Source: a virus. Taken from it: a stretch of 64,000 nt of DNA. The stretch covers positions 2,764 through 66,763 of IMG/VR virus record IMGVR_UViG_3300030031_000041. One strand, written 5' to 3'. The notes under the pieces were generated by a model, which did no database searches, was not told the DNA's origin, and saw only the letters and a program-made list of their open reading frames with translations. Below, piece after piece: positions 47,829-59,400 of the stretch. The number at the start of each line of letters is the position of its first letter. Positions within the stretch are counted from its first letter, which is position 1. A program made the position numbers and the translations under genes.

Positions 47829-48248
47829 ATGTTTAGTTTCTCAGTAAATGATAAAACATACAAAGTAAAATTCGGATACGGAGTGCTTACTCAGTCGGAC
47901 ATTCTTACACAGGTGTCTTCTATGGGGGCAATTAATAATCCGAAAGATATGATTAAAATGCTTCCAGAACTGATTCTGGCAGGACTGCAAAGAAAACACA
48001 AAGATGAATTTGGGTATGAAACCGAAGAGGAAAAGAAAGTTGCATATGAAAAGGTATGTGACCTTCTGGATGATTACGAAGATGAATCCACAGAGGAAAA
48101 TCCTCAGAATGGATTTACTCTATTTGAAAAAGCGAGTAAGGAGCTTGAGAAGAACGGTTTTTTATCCGGCATGCTGAAAGCGATGGAAGAAGCCGAGAAG
48201 AATCAGAAAGTAACCAAAATGCCACAGGATCACAAGAAGAAGAGCTGA
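47829..48248 (+). CDS. tail assembly chaperone (gpG-like)
   Basis: position; acidic; followed by -1 frame extension. Confidence 0.6.
   Translation: MFSFSVNDKTYKVKFGYGVLTQSDILTQVSSMGAINNPKDMIKMLPELILAGLQRKHKDEFGYETEEEKKVAYEKVCDLLDDYEDESTEENPQNGFTLFEKASKELEKNGFLSGMLKAMEEAEKNQKVTKMPQDHKKKS
48158..48164 (+). promoter_or_regulatory. slippery heptamer T TTT TTA for -1 programmed frameshift
   Basis: X XXY YYZ site in frame 0; frame -1 open from 48128 to 48652. Confidence 0.55.
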
Positions 48249-48652
48249 GCTTTCCTGAGGTAGTCCATAAAAAACTACTTCCACTTTATTTGTCTATTGG
48301 CGTTTCTGAGGAAAAGTTTTGGGATTCCACACCGTATGATTTAGAACCATATATGGAAGCCTACAAATTAAAACAAAAAATGGCCGATTCGCAAGCATGG
48401 CAGTTCAACATGTACACGATGTGTGCAGTTCAGACTGCAGTTGCAAATGTGCTTATTGGCAAAAAGTCAAAGGCTGAATACCTTAAAGAACCATTTTCGC
48501 AAACAGCCGAAAAGCAAAAGCAAGAGGATGAAGAGAATCTTTCTGAAACAGAAAAGAAACGGCAACGTGACAGGTTGCTCATGACATTGCAACTCATGCA
48601 AGCAAATTTTGAGTTGAATCATGGTAATAATGACGAGGGCAGGCAGGATTAA
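48164..48652 (+). CDS. gpGT-like frameshift extension of tail chaperone
   Basis: frame 2 open across overlap; ORF track 48290..48652. Confidence 0.5.
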   Translation: MRHAESDGRSREESESNQNATGSQEEELSFPEVVHKKLLPLYLSIGVSEEKFWDSTPYDLEPYMEAYKLKQKMADSQAWQFNMYTMCAVQTAVANVLIGKKSKAEYLKEPFSQTAEKQKQEDEENLSETEKKRQRDRLLMTLQLMQANFELNHGNNDEGRQD

Positions 48653-48679
48653 AAGTCTTGTCTGCCCTTTATTTTTTTG
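48637..48679 (+). terminator. intrinsic terminator
   Basis: GGGCAGGCAG..CTTGTCTGCCC stem then TTTATTTTTTT. Confidence 0.5.
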
Positions 48680-48698
48680 ATTAAAAGGAGGTGCTTTA

Positions 48699-50273
48699 AT
48701 GGCCGATAATACCATAGATACCCTCAATATACAAATAGACAGTAGCACAACTCAGGCGGTACGGTCTATTAATAACCTTGTAAAAAAATTAGATACATTA
48801 AACACTGCCCTTGGAAATCTTGACATAAGCCGGTTAAATAATTTTTCCAATTCTTTAAAAAGTTTAGGTAGCGTGAATTTTAAAGCAAATGGATTGAATG
48901 CGGCTATAAACGCTATCAATCGTCTTGGAAAATCCGATTTCAGTCAGTTTGATACAGGGAAATTAGGCAAAATTCTTACTGAGATGCAGAAACTTGATGC
49001 TATTCCAGATGTTTCTCCGAGCGTTAGCCGGTTTACAACCGCTATAGCTAAACTTGCCGGTACAGGACAGTATATCGGCAATGTATCAAAGGAACTTCCG
49101 AATCTTGCGACAGGTTTAAATAATGCGGCTACTAAATTAGGCTCTATGAGTGAAGTATCAGCATCCACCAATGCCTTTATTACTTCTCTTGGAAAATTAG
49201 CTGGTGCAGGAGATAAAACTGGAAAGACTGCAAGTCAATTATCAACTCTCGCGCAAGAGGTTTTGAAGTTTTTTGACGTAATGAAAAGTGCACCAGATAT
49301 CAGTTCGAGCACAATAAGAATGACAGAAGCTCTTGCAGTATTAGCATCGTCTGGAAGCAAAGTAGGGCGTGCCACAAGTATCGTTTCGAATTCATTTAAC
49401 ACGCTTTCTTCGTTAGGTTCAAAAGCAAGTACTGTAATCAATGGGCTGACAAATGCTTTTCAAAAATTTGCTTCAAAAGCTATTTCTTTAGGCGGAAAAG
49501 CCGTATCTGCAATCGCAGGTATTGGAAATGCATCTTCTGAAGCTGGTGAAAAAATAAGAAGATTGTCAAATCCTCTGAGTTCGGTAACGAATAAGTTGAG
49601 TGCTCTTTACGCCAAAGGTTTTCTCGCAAAAAGAGCATTAGATGTTCTGGCATCGCCAGTAGAATCCGCAATGAACTATGTAGAGACTCTGAACTATTTC
49701 AACTCTGCGTTCAATCAGGTGGCAGAAGGAATCAACACTGACGAATGGAAAAAAAGTGGCATAAAATCCGCTGAAGCATATGCAAATTCATTCCAGGAAA
49801 GGGCAAAACAGCTTTCACAGAAACTGACAGGATTCGAAATTTCAGATACTGGTGAACTGGCTAGAACCAATACCGCTAGTCTTGGACTTGACCCAGAAAA
49901 AACAATGCAGTATCAGGCAACATTTGCACAGATGGCATCATCTATGGGCGATACATCAGAGACTGCATTAAAATTGTCTAATGCACTCACTATGATTGGT
50001 GCAGATCTTGCTTCTGTAAGAAATATGGACTTCGAGGATGTATGGCAGGACATGGCATCTGGCTTGACTGGTATGAGCCGCGCTATGGATAAGTACGGCA
50101 TTAATATCCGTAATGCCAACATGCAACAGGAACTGTATAATCTTGGGATTAATACCAGCATATCGAAGTTGTCTCAGGCAGATAAAACGATTTTGAGAAC
50201 GATTATCTTGCTAAACAACTCTAAGTATGCATGGGCTGATTTGTCAGAAACGATAAATAGGTCAGTAGCGTGA
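48699..50273 (+). CDS. tail tape measure protein, 5-prime part (exon 1 candidate)
   Basis: 524 aa Ala/Ser/Leu-rich helical; ends DLSETIN.. just before intervening sequence. Confidence 0.65.
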   Translation: MADNTIDTLNIQIDSSTTQAVRSINNLVKKLDTLNTALGNLDISRLNNFSNSLKSLGSVNFKANGLNAAINAINRLGKSDFSQFDTGKLGKILTEMQKLDAIPDVSPSVSRFTTAIAKLAGTGQYIGNVSKELPNLATGLNNAATKLGSMSEVSASTNAFITSLGKLAGAGDKTGKTASQLSTLAQEVLKFFDVMKSAPDISSSTIRMTEALAVLASSGSKVGRATSIVSNSFNTLSSLGSKASTVINGLTNAFQKFASKAISLGGKAVSAIAGIGNASSEAGEKIRRLSNPLSSVTNKLSALYAKGFLAKRALDVLASPVESAMNYVETLNYFNSAFNQVAEGINTDEWKKSGIKSAEAYANSFQERAKQLSQKLTGFEISDTGELARTNTASLGLDPEKTMQYQATFAQMASSMGDTSETALKLSNALTMIGADLASVRNMDFEDVWQDMASGLTGMSRAMDKYGINIRNANMQQELYNLGINTSISKLSQADKTILRTIILLNNSKYAWADLSETINRSVA

Positions 50274-50570
50274 TAAATGCGTAGCTACTGGCAAGTCGCT
50301 CATATCGAAACCGTCAAGTAGGATATGAGTTATTAGTGATGAAATAAGCTGGAAAGCCGTTTGCAACGGTAATCAGAGAGTGAAGGCTATGATTAAAAGC
50401 ATAGTCAACCGCAACGCGTAGGAAGTGAAACTGTAGTTGAGATACTACAGAATATAATCTTCCCAAGAGGCATCACTATCGGACGGTACAGGTGCAGAGC
50501 CTGTGGTAAAAAGGTACGCTGGACATGCATTGTAATAATGCAGAAGTGAGGATAAAAAGCCTTACGATAA
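50257..50570 (+). other. 314-nt intervening sequence (group I intron candidate) flanked by 7-bp repeat ACGATAA
   Basis: removal joins 48699.. frame to 50564.. frame exactly; highly structured, multiple stops. Confidence 0.5.
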
Positions 50571-53500
50571 CAAATCGAAATCAACCGGCAAATCAGATTC
50601 GTATGCTTCAATCTAACTTTGCATCCCTTGGTAGAACAATAGGTTCCTTATTCATTCCTATACTGCAAACAGTACTTCCATATATCAATGCAATAGTAAT
50701 CGCAATACAAAGAATGTTCGCTTATATTGCAAAACTTCTTGGAATCAAACTGTCAAACTTCGTATCATCTACTGGTGGTATTTCTGTAGATACCGGAGAT
50801 ATTGCAGATAATATGGATAATGCCAGTGGCGCAATTGATACAGCAAATTCTAATGCTAAAAAACTTGAAAAAACATTATCTGTTATGTCCTTCGATGAAC
50901 TGAATCAGCTCAACGATAACTCTGATTCTAGCAGCTCAACTACTCCGTCTTCTGGTTCTGGAACAGGCGGTTTGGGGCATATCGGAGCACTTGACGCAGC
51001 TTTGGACGATGCTTTATCTGCTTATCAAAAAGCATGGGACGAAGCATTCAAGAAAATGTCCAACAGAGCAAATGAGATGGCAGATGCTATCGTGAATGCC
51101 TTTAAGAGAAAAGACTGGAAAGGTCTTGGAAAAATCATGGCTGACGGCATTAACTGGGGAATGCAAAAGCTTTATGATTTCATTAACTGGAATAACGTAG
51201 GCCCTTACATCACTAAATTCACCAGTGCGTTCACCCAGACTTTCAACAGCCTTGTTGATAATATCAACTGGGATTTGATGGGACGTACCGTTGGAGCTGG
51301 TATGAATACTATTGTAAATACTGCAAACCAACTTCTGGAAGGAATCGACTGGAAGAACCTTGGTGCTAAATTTGCCAATGGTATCACTGGCCTTGTTCGT
51401 GAAGTGAATTGGGAAAACTTCGGCAATCTGCTTGGAAATTCCTTTATGCGTGGATGGGATATTTTCTCAGGCTTCGTAGAAAATCTCCAGTACGGAGAAA
51501 TTGGAACAGCTGTCGCAGAAGGCTTGAACGGAATCTTTGAAAAGATTAATTTCGGTGAAATTGCTCATACACTTGCAACTGGATTGAATGGTGCTTTTGA
51601 TACATTGGCTTCATTTACAGCAAGCTTTAATTGGGAAAATCTTGTTGATAACATTACAAATGGAATCACCACATTCATGCAAGAATTCAACTGGAAAGAG
51701 AATGGACAGAAGTTAGAAGAATTTATTAACAAATTACTCACGTCACTTATCGAGATTGCAAGGGGTGTCGATTGGGAAGCGTTTGGACACAATGTAGGCG
51801 TATTCCTCAGTGAAATTGACTGGGGAAAACATCTTGCACAGTTACTTACGGTTATCGGAGACGTTCTTGGTGGAATCTGGGAAGGACTTGGAACAACATC
51901 TGCCGGCACATTTGTTCAAGCTATGGCTGTATTTGCAGTTGGTAATAAGCTCATGCCATTAGTTGATACAATTACTAAGTTTTTTACAGGTGATACTGTA
52001 TTTGGAAATCTTTCTAAAGCTGTACGAGGTATGCTGAGTCCCGCAATCACAGAAGCAGTCTCAACAACTATTCCGGCTCTTGGGACATCGTTAGGCTCAC
52101 TTGTTGCAACTGGTGGTGGAATTGCTCTTGCAGTAGATGGTGCAGTATTACTTACCAAGAAATTAGCAGGACTTTTTGAGACCATGCAAGGTGGTAATGG
52201 AATGACTACACAGTATGGTGGTTATCTCCATGATTACGCAACACAGCTGACTGATGTAGCAAATCTTACAAACGATCAATCGGAAGCGTTGTGGCAGCTT
52301 ATTGAGAAGGATGAAGAACTTGGAAAAACTCACGATGAAATGTACTCTGATATGGTTGAAAAATTGAAAGAGTATGGCGTTTCATCCGATCAGGCTAGAA
52401 CAGCTCTTGAGCAGTATGGCGCACAGGCCGGTGTATCGGCTGAATTTGTTGAGGGTATGACTAATCAAATCTCCGCACTTGGAGATGGCGTGTCAGAAGC
52501 AGCTGGTAAATTCGATACATCAAAAATCAGTATTTCGGATTTGAAAGACGAGCTATACTTATTGAGTCTGAAATCTGACGATTTTGGTGGTTCATACAAA
52601 ACAGCCATGGACGAACTTGATAATGCTAATAATGGTGGAACTATCACAAATACCAAAGATGCATTAGATACAGTCTACACTTCATTGAAGAATGCAGGAG
52701 TTCCACTCGATGAACTGAACAACAAACTTGCAAAAGACTTCCCGAACGCTACGTTAGCCACAAAATCAGCAGTAGACAAGAATATTGTTGGAGCACAGCA
52801 GACTATATCAACATCAGTTGGACAGGCATCAAGAGACACTCAAACAGCCACAAATCAAATGGCAAAAAATGCCACAGATGATTTCTCGGAAATCCAGAAA
52901 CAGGCTGATACTTACATGAAAGGCATGGAAACTACAACTACTAGCTCATGGGGAAATTCTTCCAGAGAAGCGACATTAAAGGCAAGGGAGATGAAAAATG
53001 CCGTAAGTACAGAACTTGGAAATATGGACAAATCTGTAACAAGCCATTTCCAAAGTCAGTACAACATTGCTTATAAGAAATGGGAGAATATCGGAAGAGA
53101 TATCTCTTCTTATGTTTCTGGAAGTATGTCAAAGAGTATGGATAGCTCTTTAAATAGCTTTATGAGAACTATTCGCAGCGCATTCAGTGATATGTACAGC
53201 ATTGGCCATAATGCGGCTCAATCATTAAGAAATGGAATGAAATCCGTGAGAATGCCTACGCTTTCGTATTATATTTCTCAGTGGAAAACACATAGCCTTG
53301 GGAACGGCGGTACCAGTTCAACCCCTGTCTATAGTCCGAACTGGTATGCAAAAGGTGGTTTGTTCAAAAATGCATCTGTCATTGGTGTAGGCGAAGCAGG
53401 ACAGGAAGCTGTTCTCCCTTTGGAAAATCGTAAAGCCATGAAATCCATTGCCGACAGCATCATGTCCGGCTATGACGGCAACATGGGACTTACGAAAGAT

Positions 53501-53683
53501 GAGATCATGGAAGCTGTCGAGCGTGGCGTAGTTACTGCTTTGATGAACAATGGTGGTTTTGGCGGTTCTTCACCAGAGTACATCATGAACAGCATCAAAG
53601 TGAACGAGCGTGAACTGGCGCGAATTGTCACAAAGGCTCAGAACAACACAGATTACCGCATGAATCCGTCCCCGGCATATTGA
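50571..53683 (+). CDS. tail tape measure protein, 3-prime part (exon 2 candidate)
   Basis: continues TMP core motif PANQIRMLQ..LGRTIGSLFIPIL; 1000+ aa. Confidence 0.65.
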
Positions 53684-53739
53684 TTTTTGCGGTAGAATTT
53701 GATATACTAAACGAGAAATAGTTATTACATTTGTTGAAG

Positions 53740-53802
53740 AGAGCACACTAAAGATGAAACGAGGGAAAAACCTCACGATTCTTTGGTGTGCTCTTTTTTT
53801 TG
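53740..53802 (+). terminator. intrinsic terminator after tape measure
   Basis: AGAGCACAC/GTGTGCTCT stem then TTTTTTTT. Confidence 0.55.
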
Positions 53803-53829
53803 TTTGGTAAAGCAAAGAGAAAGGTATTT

Positions 53830-54039
53830 ATGAAACCGTATGGATTAGTTGATAAGAAAATTTTATTTAACAACAATTTATCTCTTGAAGCCAAGGGAAT
53901 TTATGGACTTATAATGAGCTTTGATAGTGAAAGAATTAATGTAGAGGAAATTTATAAATTATCATTAGAAGATAAAGAGGTTGTTGACAGAGCCATAGAT
54001 GAATTGCAATCACACGGCTATGTCTTTATTGAAAAATAA
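53830..54039 (+). CDS. small winged-helix-like protein
   Basis: ATG 53830; LSLEAKGIYGLIMSF. Confidence 0.4.
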   Translation: MKPYGLVDKKILFNNNLSLEAKGIYGLIMSFDSERINVEEIYKLSLEDKEVVDRAIDELQSHGYVFIEK

Positions 54040-54172
54040 TTTTGGTAAAACCAGTAGGCTAGGGTAGCTCCCGAAAAGTGTAATTCCATGATACACCTGC
54101 CTACTGTTTTTATAAATCATGGATCTGTGGCTACAAGGCAGTCACGCATTAACGACATGGAGGTTATCTATT

Positions 54173-55333
54173 ATGAGCGAACAAATCAAAGAATTATCCC
54201 AAAATGAATTAGAAAGAAAAGTAGATTACATATTTTCACATAGATTTAATCACACTCTGCATGCTTATATCGATATTGCAGGTGATTTAACAGCAGGTGT
54301 TTTATTATCTCAAATTATGTACTGGTTTGATAAAGATTCAAAAAATGAGTGCGTCAGAACAAAAATCAAAAAGAAAGGTTATTTTTGGATTGCTAGGCGT
54401 AGAGATGAATGGGCAAACGAAATAAGAGTTGCACCTAAGCAGTATGATTCTGCGATGAAAAAATTAAAAGCTAGAAATTTGGTAGTTGTTGAAAAATTTA
54501 AAATTAATGGTGCTCCAACAACGCATATCAGACCTAATGATGAAGTAATAAATGTTGCTATTAAAGAATGGAAAGAACAAATTGCTCTTGAAATTATCAA
54601 AGACAACGAAGCGGAACAAAGTGACGTGAATTCCTCAAATCAGAATTTACCAGAAGAGGAAAATCACGAAAAAGTAGTGCCAAATGATGATAAACACTGG
54701 TTTTCCCCAAAAGAGGAATTTCCAAATTCCCAAAACAAGGAAAACCATGGAATTTCCCAAAATGGGAAAATGGAACTTCCCCAAAATGGAAACTCTTTAA
54801 TTAATAAGAACTATAATAAAGATTTAGATGAGGTTTATAAAAAGAGGGTTAAAGATTCTGATACTACTAAAGTAGTACCAGTAGATTCTCCATGTCCGGG
54901 TAAGCCGGAAACAAGGAGCATCCAGTCTCCACTCGGAATGGGAATAAGCGAAATCCTTTTGAGGAAAGGAATAAACCAATATTGGAATGATGTAGGATGC
55001 GAAGAGTATGAAGAATTGAAAACAAATGTCACTAATGTCATATTATATTTTTTGGAAAAATACAAAATTAAACTAGGCAAAAGCCATGTTCATTTAAAAG
55101 AAGAATATATAAAAACCGTAGTAGAAGGAATTGTTACAGTACCAGACGAGATGATTGAGTTGATAGATGCTTATGGCTTTGAGTATATTTATAAATCATG
55201 CATTGACATGTATTTTGATACAAAATTCAGAGAAGATACCAATTATCGTATTTTTCATTTCATAAAAGGTGATATTAGGAAAAATATTGCAATGAAACTT
55301 TCAGACCAAATAGAGTTGATAAGCGATAAATAA
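54173..55333 (+). CDS. replication-initiator-like protein (inserted module)
   Basis: RBS GGAGG before ATG 54173; N-terminal wHTH-like region, Asn/Lys-rich middle. Confidence 0.45.
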   Translation: MSEQIKELSQNELERKVDYIFSHRFNHTLHAYIDIAGDLTAGVLLSQIMYWFDKDSKNECVRTKIKKKGYFWIARRRDEWANEIRVAPKQYDSAMKKLKARNLVVVEKFKINGAPTTHIRPNDEVINVAIKEWKEQIALEIIKDNEAEQSDVNSSNQNLPEEENHEKVVPNDDKHWFSPKEEFPNSQNKENHGISQNGKMELPQNGNSLINKNYNKDLDEVYKKRVKDSDTTKVVPVDSPCPGKPETRSIQSPLGMGISEILLRKGINQYWNDVGCEEYEELKTNVTNVILYFLEKYKIKLGKSHVHLKEEYIKTVVEGIVTVPDEMIELIDAYGFEYIYKSCIDMYFDTKFREDTNYRIFHFIKGDIRKNIAMKLSDQIELISDK

Positions 55334-55477
55334 AAACGAATAGTTCCTGTGGCAACAGGCAATTAAAACGAGCCAAAATCCATTTAAAATACCGTAGGTG
55401 ATAACTTCTTCACGTAAACGATTCAAATTGATTCTGACTTAAAATAATACAGTAATTAATTAGAAAGTGAGAAAGAA

Positions 55478-55807
55478 ATGAGTAGACTTGGAAAAGAAAT
55501 GCCGGCAGAGTATTCTGACCGATTTGATGAACTGAGGCAAAACCGGTGCGAAACAAGCTTTTACAAATACGGCACGGCAAAAGATAATTTTGGAGAACGT
55601 CTGGTAAATGCGATTGAATCACACGATATGTGCATTAAAAAATATAAAGAAACTGGTAACACGGAGTATCTTTGCGATGCTGCGAATTATCTGATGTTCG
55701 AATTTATGTATCCACAAATCGAAGGTGCTTATTTCAAAGCAACCGACAGTGGGAAAAGTGCCGGAGTAGTTGGAACACCAATTAATCAGTTAAAGGAGAA
55801 ATGGTAG
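55478..55807 (+). CDS. hypothetical protein
   Basis: ORF track. Confidence 0.45.
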   Translation: MSRLGKEMPAEYSDRFDELRQNRCETSFYKYGTAKDNFGERLVNAIESHDMCIKKYKETGNTEYLCDAANYLMFEFMYPQIEGAYFKATDSGKSAGVVGTPINQLKEKW

Positions 55808-55912
55808 GATGAAAAAATCGGGCAATTCTTATGGGAAACACGGATTATGAATCATTTTGCAAAGAGCACTTCGAAAGATTCATTTCTGATATCCAAAAGA
55901 AACATTAATATA

Positions 55913-56033
55913 ACTTTTTCTTACTGAATCTCACCTTGTATATGTGATAGAATAAAGAATCATAAAGCGTCTATCAGAGCGATAGGCGCTATTTTCGTGT
56001 AATTAAGCATCTTCTTTCGGGAAGGTGCTTTTT
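55913..56033 (+). promoter_or_regulatory. late regulatory element copy C
   Basis: box CTTTTTCTTACTGAAT, TATATGTGATAGAAT, hairpin 56006-56027 + U-tract. Confidence 0.5.
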
Positions 56034-56049
56034 CTTTTATGAGGTGTTA

Positions 56050-56413
56050 TATGGCAGAAATATTTTTAAAAGTAAACGGTGTCTCGATGCCTTGCCCGTC
56101 TTCCTACACATGGGGATTACAGGACGTATCAGCGGCAAAATCAGGAAGATCTGATGACTCTGTCATGCATAAAAACAGGGTAGCACAAAAAAGGAAATTA
56201 GCTTTGCAGTGGAAAGGTAAAGATTGGGCTACTACAGCTAAGATTCTTCAAGCGTTCAATCCCGAGTACATCCAAATTACATATCCAGATATGATGTCTG
56301 GAAAATACGAAACCAGAACATTTTATGTTGGTGACAGGAGTGCGCCTGTTAAATGGTGGTGGCATGGAAACCAGAGAACAGAATCTATCAGTTTTGATGT
56401 GATTGAGAGGTAA
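56050..56413 (+). CDS. tail-associated structural protein
   Basis: ATG 56050 after TGAGGTG. Confidence 0.45.
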
Positions 56414-56416
56414 TGC

Positions 56417-59400
56417 ATGAGAAAATTATCTAACAGATGGAAAGAAAAAGTTAAGAACGGAATGGACGTGCAGTACCTCAAGTATGCAGATATCACACTT
56501 ACAGATGGAACTGTACTCAATCTGACCAGTGCCAATCTGTGGCAAAACGGAATGGAATTCGAAGATTCCGTGTCCGGGGATAGTAGCTTTGACATCGGTT
56601 CTGCAATCATTAATGTATTGAATCTTAGCATTAATAATTTTGACGGTGAGTACTCCGATTACGATTTTGAGGGAGCAGAAGTCATATGTTATGTTGGATT
56701 ACAGATTGAAGATGAGGACACAAGTGAACTGTTAGATTCAGACGGAGAACAAATACTGGATTCAACCGGTGATACAATCATAGTTCATAAAAATGCGGTT
56801 ATTGAAAAAACACGTATTTGCACAGTGACAGTTATTGAACAGCCGGAAGACGAAACGGTGACCATAGACCTTACGTGTGAAGATAATATGCGGAAGTTTG
56901 ACCGGAACTATTCAGACAGCAAATTGAAGTATCCGGCAACCAGAGGGCAGATTGTACGAGATGCCTGCGAGGTATGTGGAGTTACTTTGCAAACAACATC
57001 ATTTGACAGAGATGATTATATCGTGCAGAATCGTCCAAATGACGAAGCTTTAACATTTCGCCAGGTTCTACAGTGGGTTGCACAGATTGGCTGTCAGTGG
57101 ATGAGATGCGATGAATATGGCAGATTGTGCATCAATTGGTACGGTTCTGTCAATGAAGAAGAACTTACAGTTGATGAACTTGGAGTATTAAAAACACAGG
57201 ACGGAAGCAACGTTAATCTTAACTTCTCGAACTCAGATGGTGCGTTGTCGGCTGACAATGGTACGCTTCTTGAAAATGATGGGATTCTGAGGCTTTTTGC
57301 AACTGACGAAAAAGGTAACATTTCTGAAATAGAAACCACCTATGGTTTTACTCCGCATCATACAGATGTAGTAATCACAGGCGTGAAAGTAACTGAATAC
57401 AGCGAATCCTCTTCTGATAATCCGCAAACTTACATGGTTGGTACAGAGGGATATGTACTTGGAATTTCTGGTAATAAATTAATTCGTGTTGGCGATGGCC
57501 AGACGATTGCTTCAATGATTGCCGAGAAATGCGTTGGCATGAGATTTAGACCATTTGAATCCGAGTGCCCTACAGATGTGGCTCTGGAAGCCGGAGATTC
57601 ACTGATTATTGTGGATAGAAATGGAAAAATATACACATCGCTACTTACCACAACTACATTGAAACCGGGATCCGGTCAGAAGATAGCTTGTAATGCCAAA
57701 AGCGCTGCTAAAAATAGCAGCACCCAATATTCCCAGGCGACGCAGGCATTTGTTACTGCAAGAAATATGGTTAAGCAGGAAAAAACCGAGAGAGAAAAAG
57801 CTCTTGAAGAATTTGGAAAAAGAATTGATTCGGCCACTGGTGTATATACCACCGAAGAAATACAGGAAGATGGAAGCCGGATTTTTTATTTGCATGATAA
57901 GCCTACACTCGCTGAATCCAAAGCAATTTGGAAGATGACCTCCGAGGCGTGGGGCGTATCCACAGATGGTGGTCAAACGTGGAATGGCGGCATGACTGTT
58001 GATGGCGATACCATTGTTCGAATCTTGAATGCAGTTGGAGTAAATGCAACGTGGATTAATACAGGAGCAATCACAGTAAAGGATGCAAACGAAAATATTC
58101 TTTTCCAAGTCGATATGGACACCAAAACGGTTGTTATCGACCCAGATGTTTTGATTATCGGAAATATGACATTGTCCGAGAAATTGGAAAACATGGATGA
58201 GAATATTGCATCTGCCAAGAATATGACATTCCAGCTGTCAAACGATATGCAGACGATTACATCTGACGCAGACGGCAACATTCCGGTATTTCCAACAGTG
58301 GCAACTACAGCGAAAGTTATGTACGGCTCGTCAGATATCACAAATGATTGTAGCTATACCATTACAAAATCAGACAGTGTAACCGGCTCTTGGGATGTAG
58401 ATACGCATACCTATACAGTCACAGGTTTGAGTGCCGACAATGGATGGGTGGACATTAAGGCAACGTACCTGATTAATCTTTCTGTAACGAAGAGATTTAC
58501 ATTAGCGAAACAAAAGCAGGGACTTGAAGGTGACAAAGGACTTCCGGGAAAATCACCGACCATTCGTTATGCGTCTATGCCGGATGGCACCGATATGTCG
58601 GATAATCCGAAGTATGTAAAATTACTTGACAGTGCCGGAAATATAATAAGCGATTCAACTGGTGACATTATTTATACAAGTGGTGAAGCATTTTATGTCG
58701 GATTCCTAAAAGAAAGCGCAGAAGTAGACAGTACGAATCCAAGTGACTATGAATGGTCACGGTACAAAGGAACTGACGGGCTGACTCAATACACTCATCT
58801 CGCTTATGCGAATAGTGCTGATGGAAAAACAGATTTCTCAGTCGATAATCCAAACCGTGAATATATCGGAATGTACGTGGACTTCGAAGAACAGGATTCC
58901 ACTAACCCGGAAAAGTACGCATGGACATTGGTTAAGGGCGCAAACGGAGCACAGGGCGTGCCGGGGAAACCTGGAACCGATGGTAAAACACCTTATTTCC
59001 ATATTGCCTATGCGAACAGTGCGGATGGAAAGACTGAATTCTCAGTAGATAACAGTGTCGATAAGCTGTATATCGGTCAGTACACAGATTACTTACCAGA
59101 TGATAGCACTGACCCAGCTAAGTATAGTTGGACAAAGATTAAAGGTAACGACGGTACTCCGGGAAGAACGTATTATCTGAGAGCCAACGCAGGAGTTCTG
59201 ATGATGGGACAGGATAAGAAAATAACTCCTAATCCATTTAATGTTCATGCGTATTACAGAGATGGACAGGGTGACGAAGCAACTTTTAAAACCTGGTGGG
59301 TAGTAGAATACAGCAAAGATGCCGGAAAAACATGGACAAAAATGGCCTTTAATTCACAGACCAGTGGAATAACTATTAATCCAGATAGCTATTCTCTTGG

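Noticed and set aside
48699-53683. Two independent tape-measure-like genes
   Set aside because: The in-frame 7-bp repeat junction and the split conserved motif favour a single gene interrupted by an intervening sequence. Two separate proteins cannot be excluded without transcript data.
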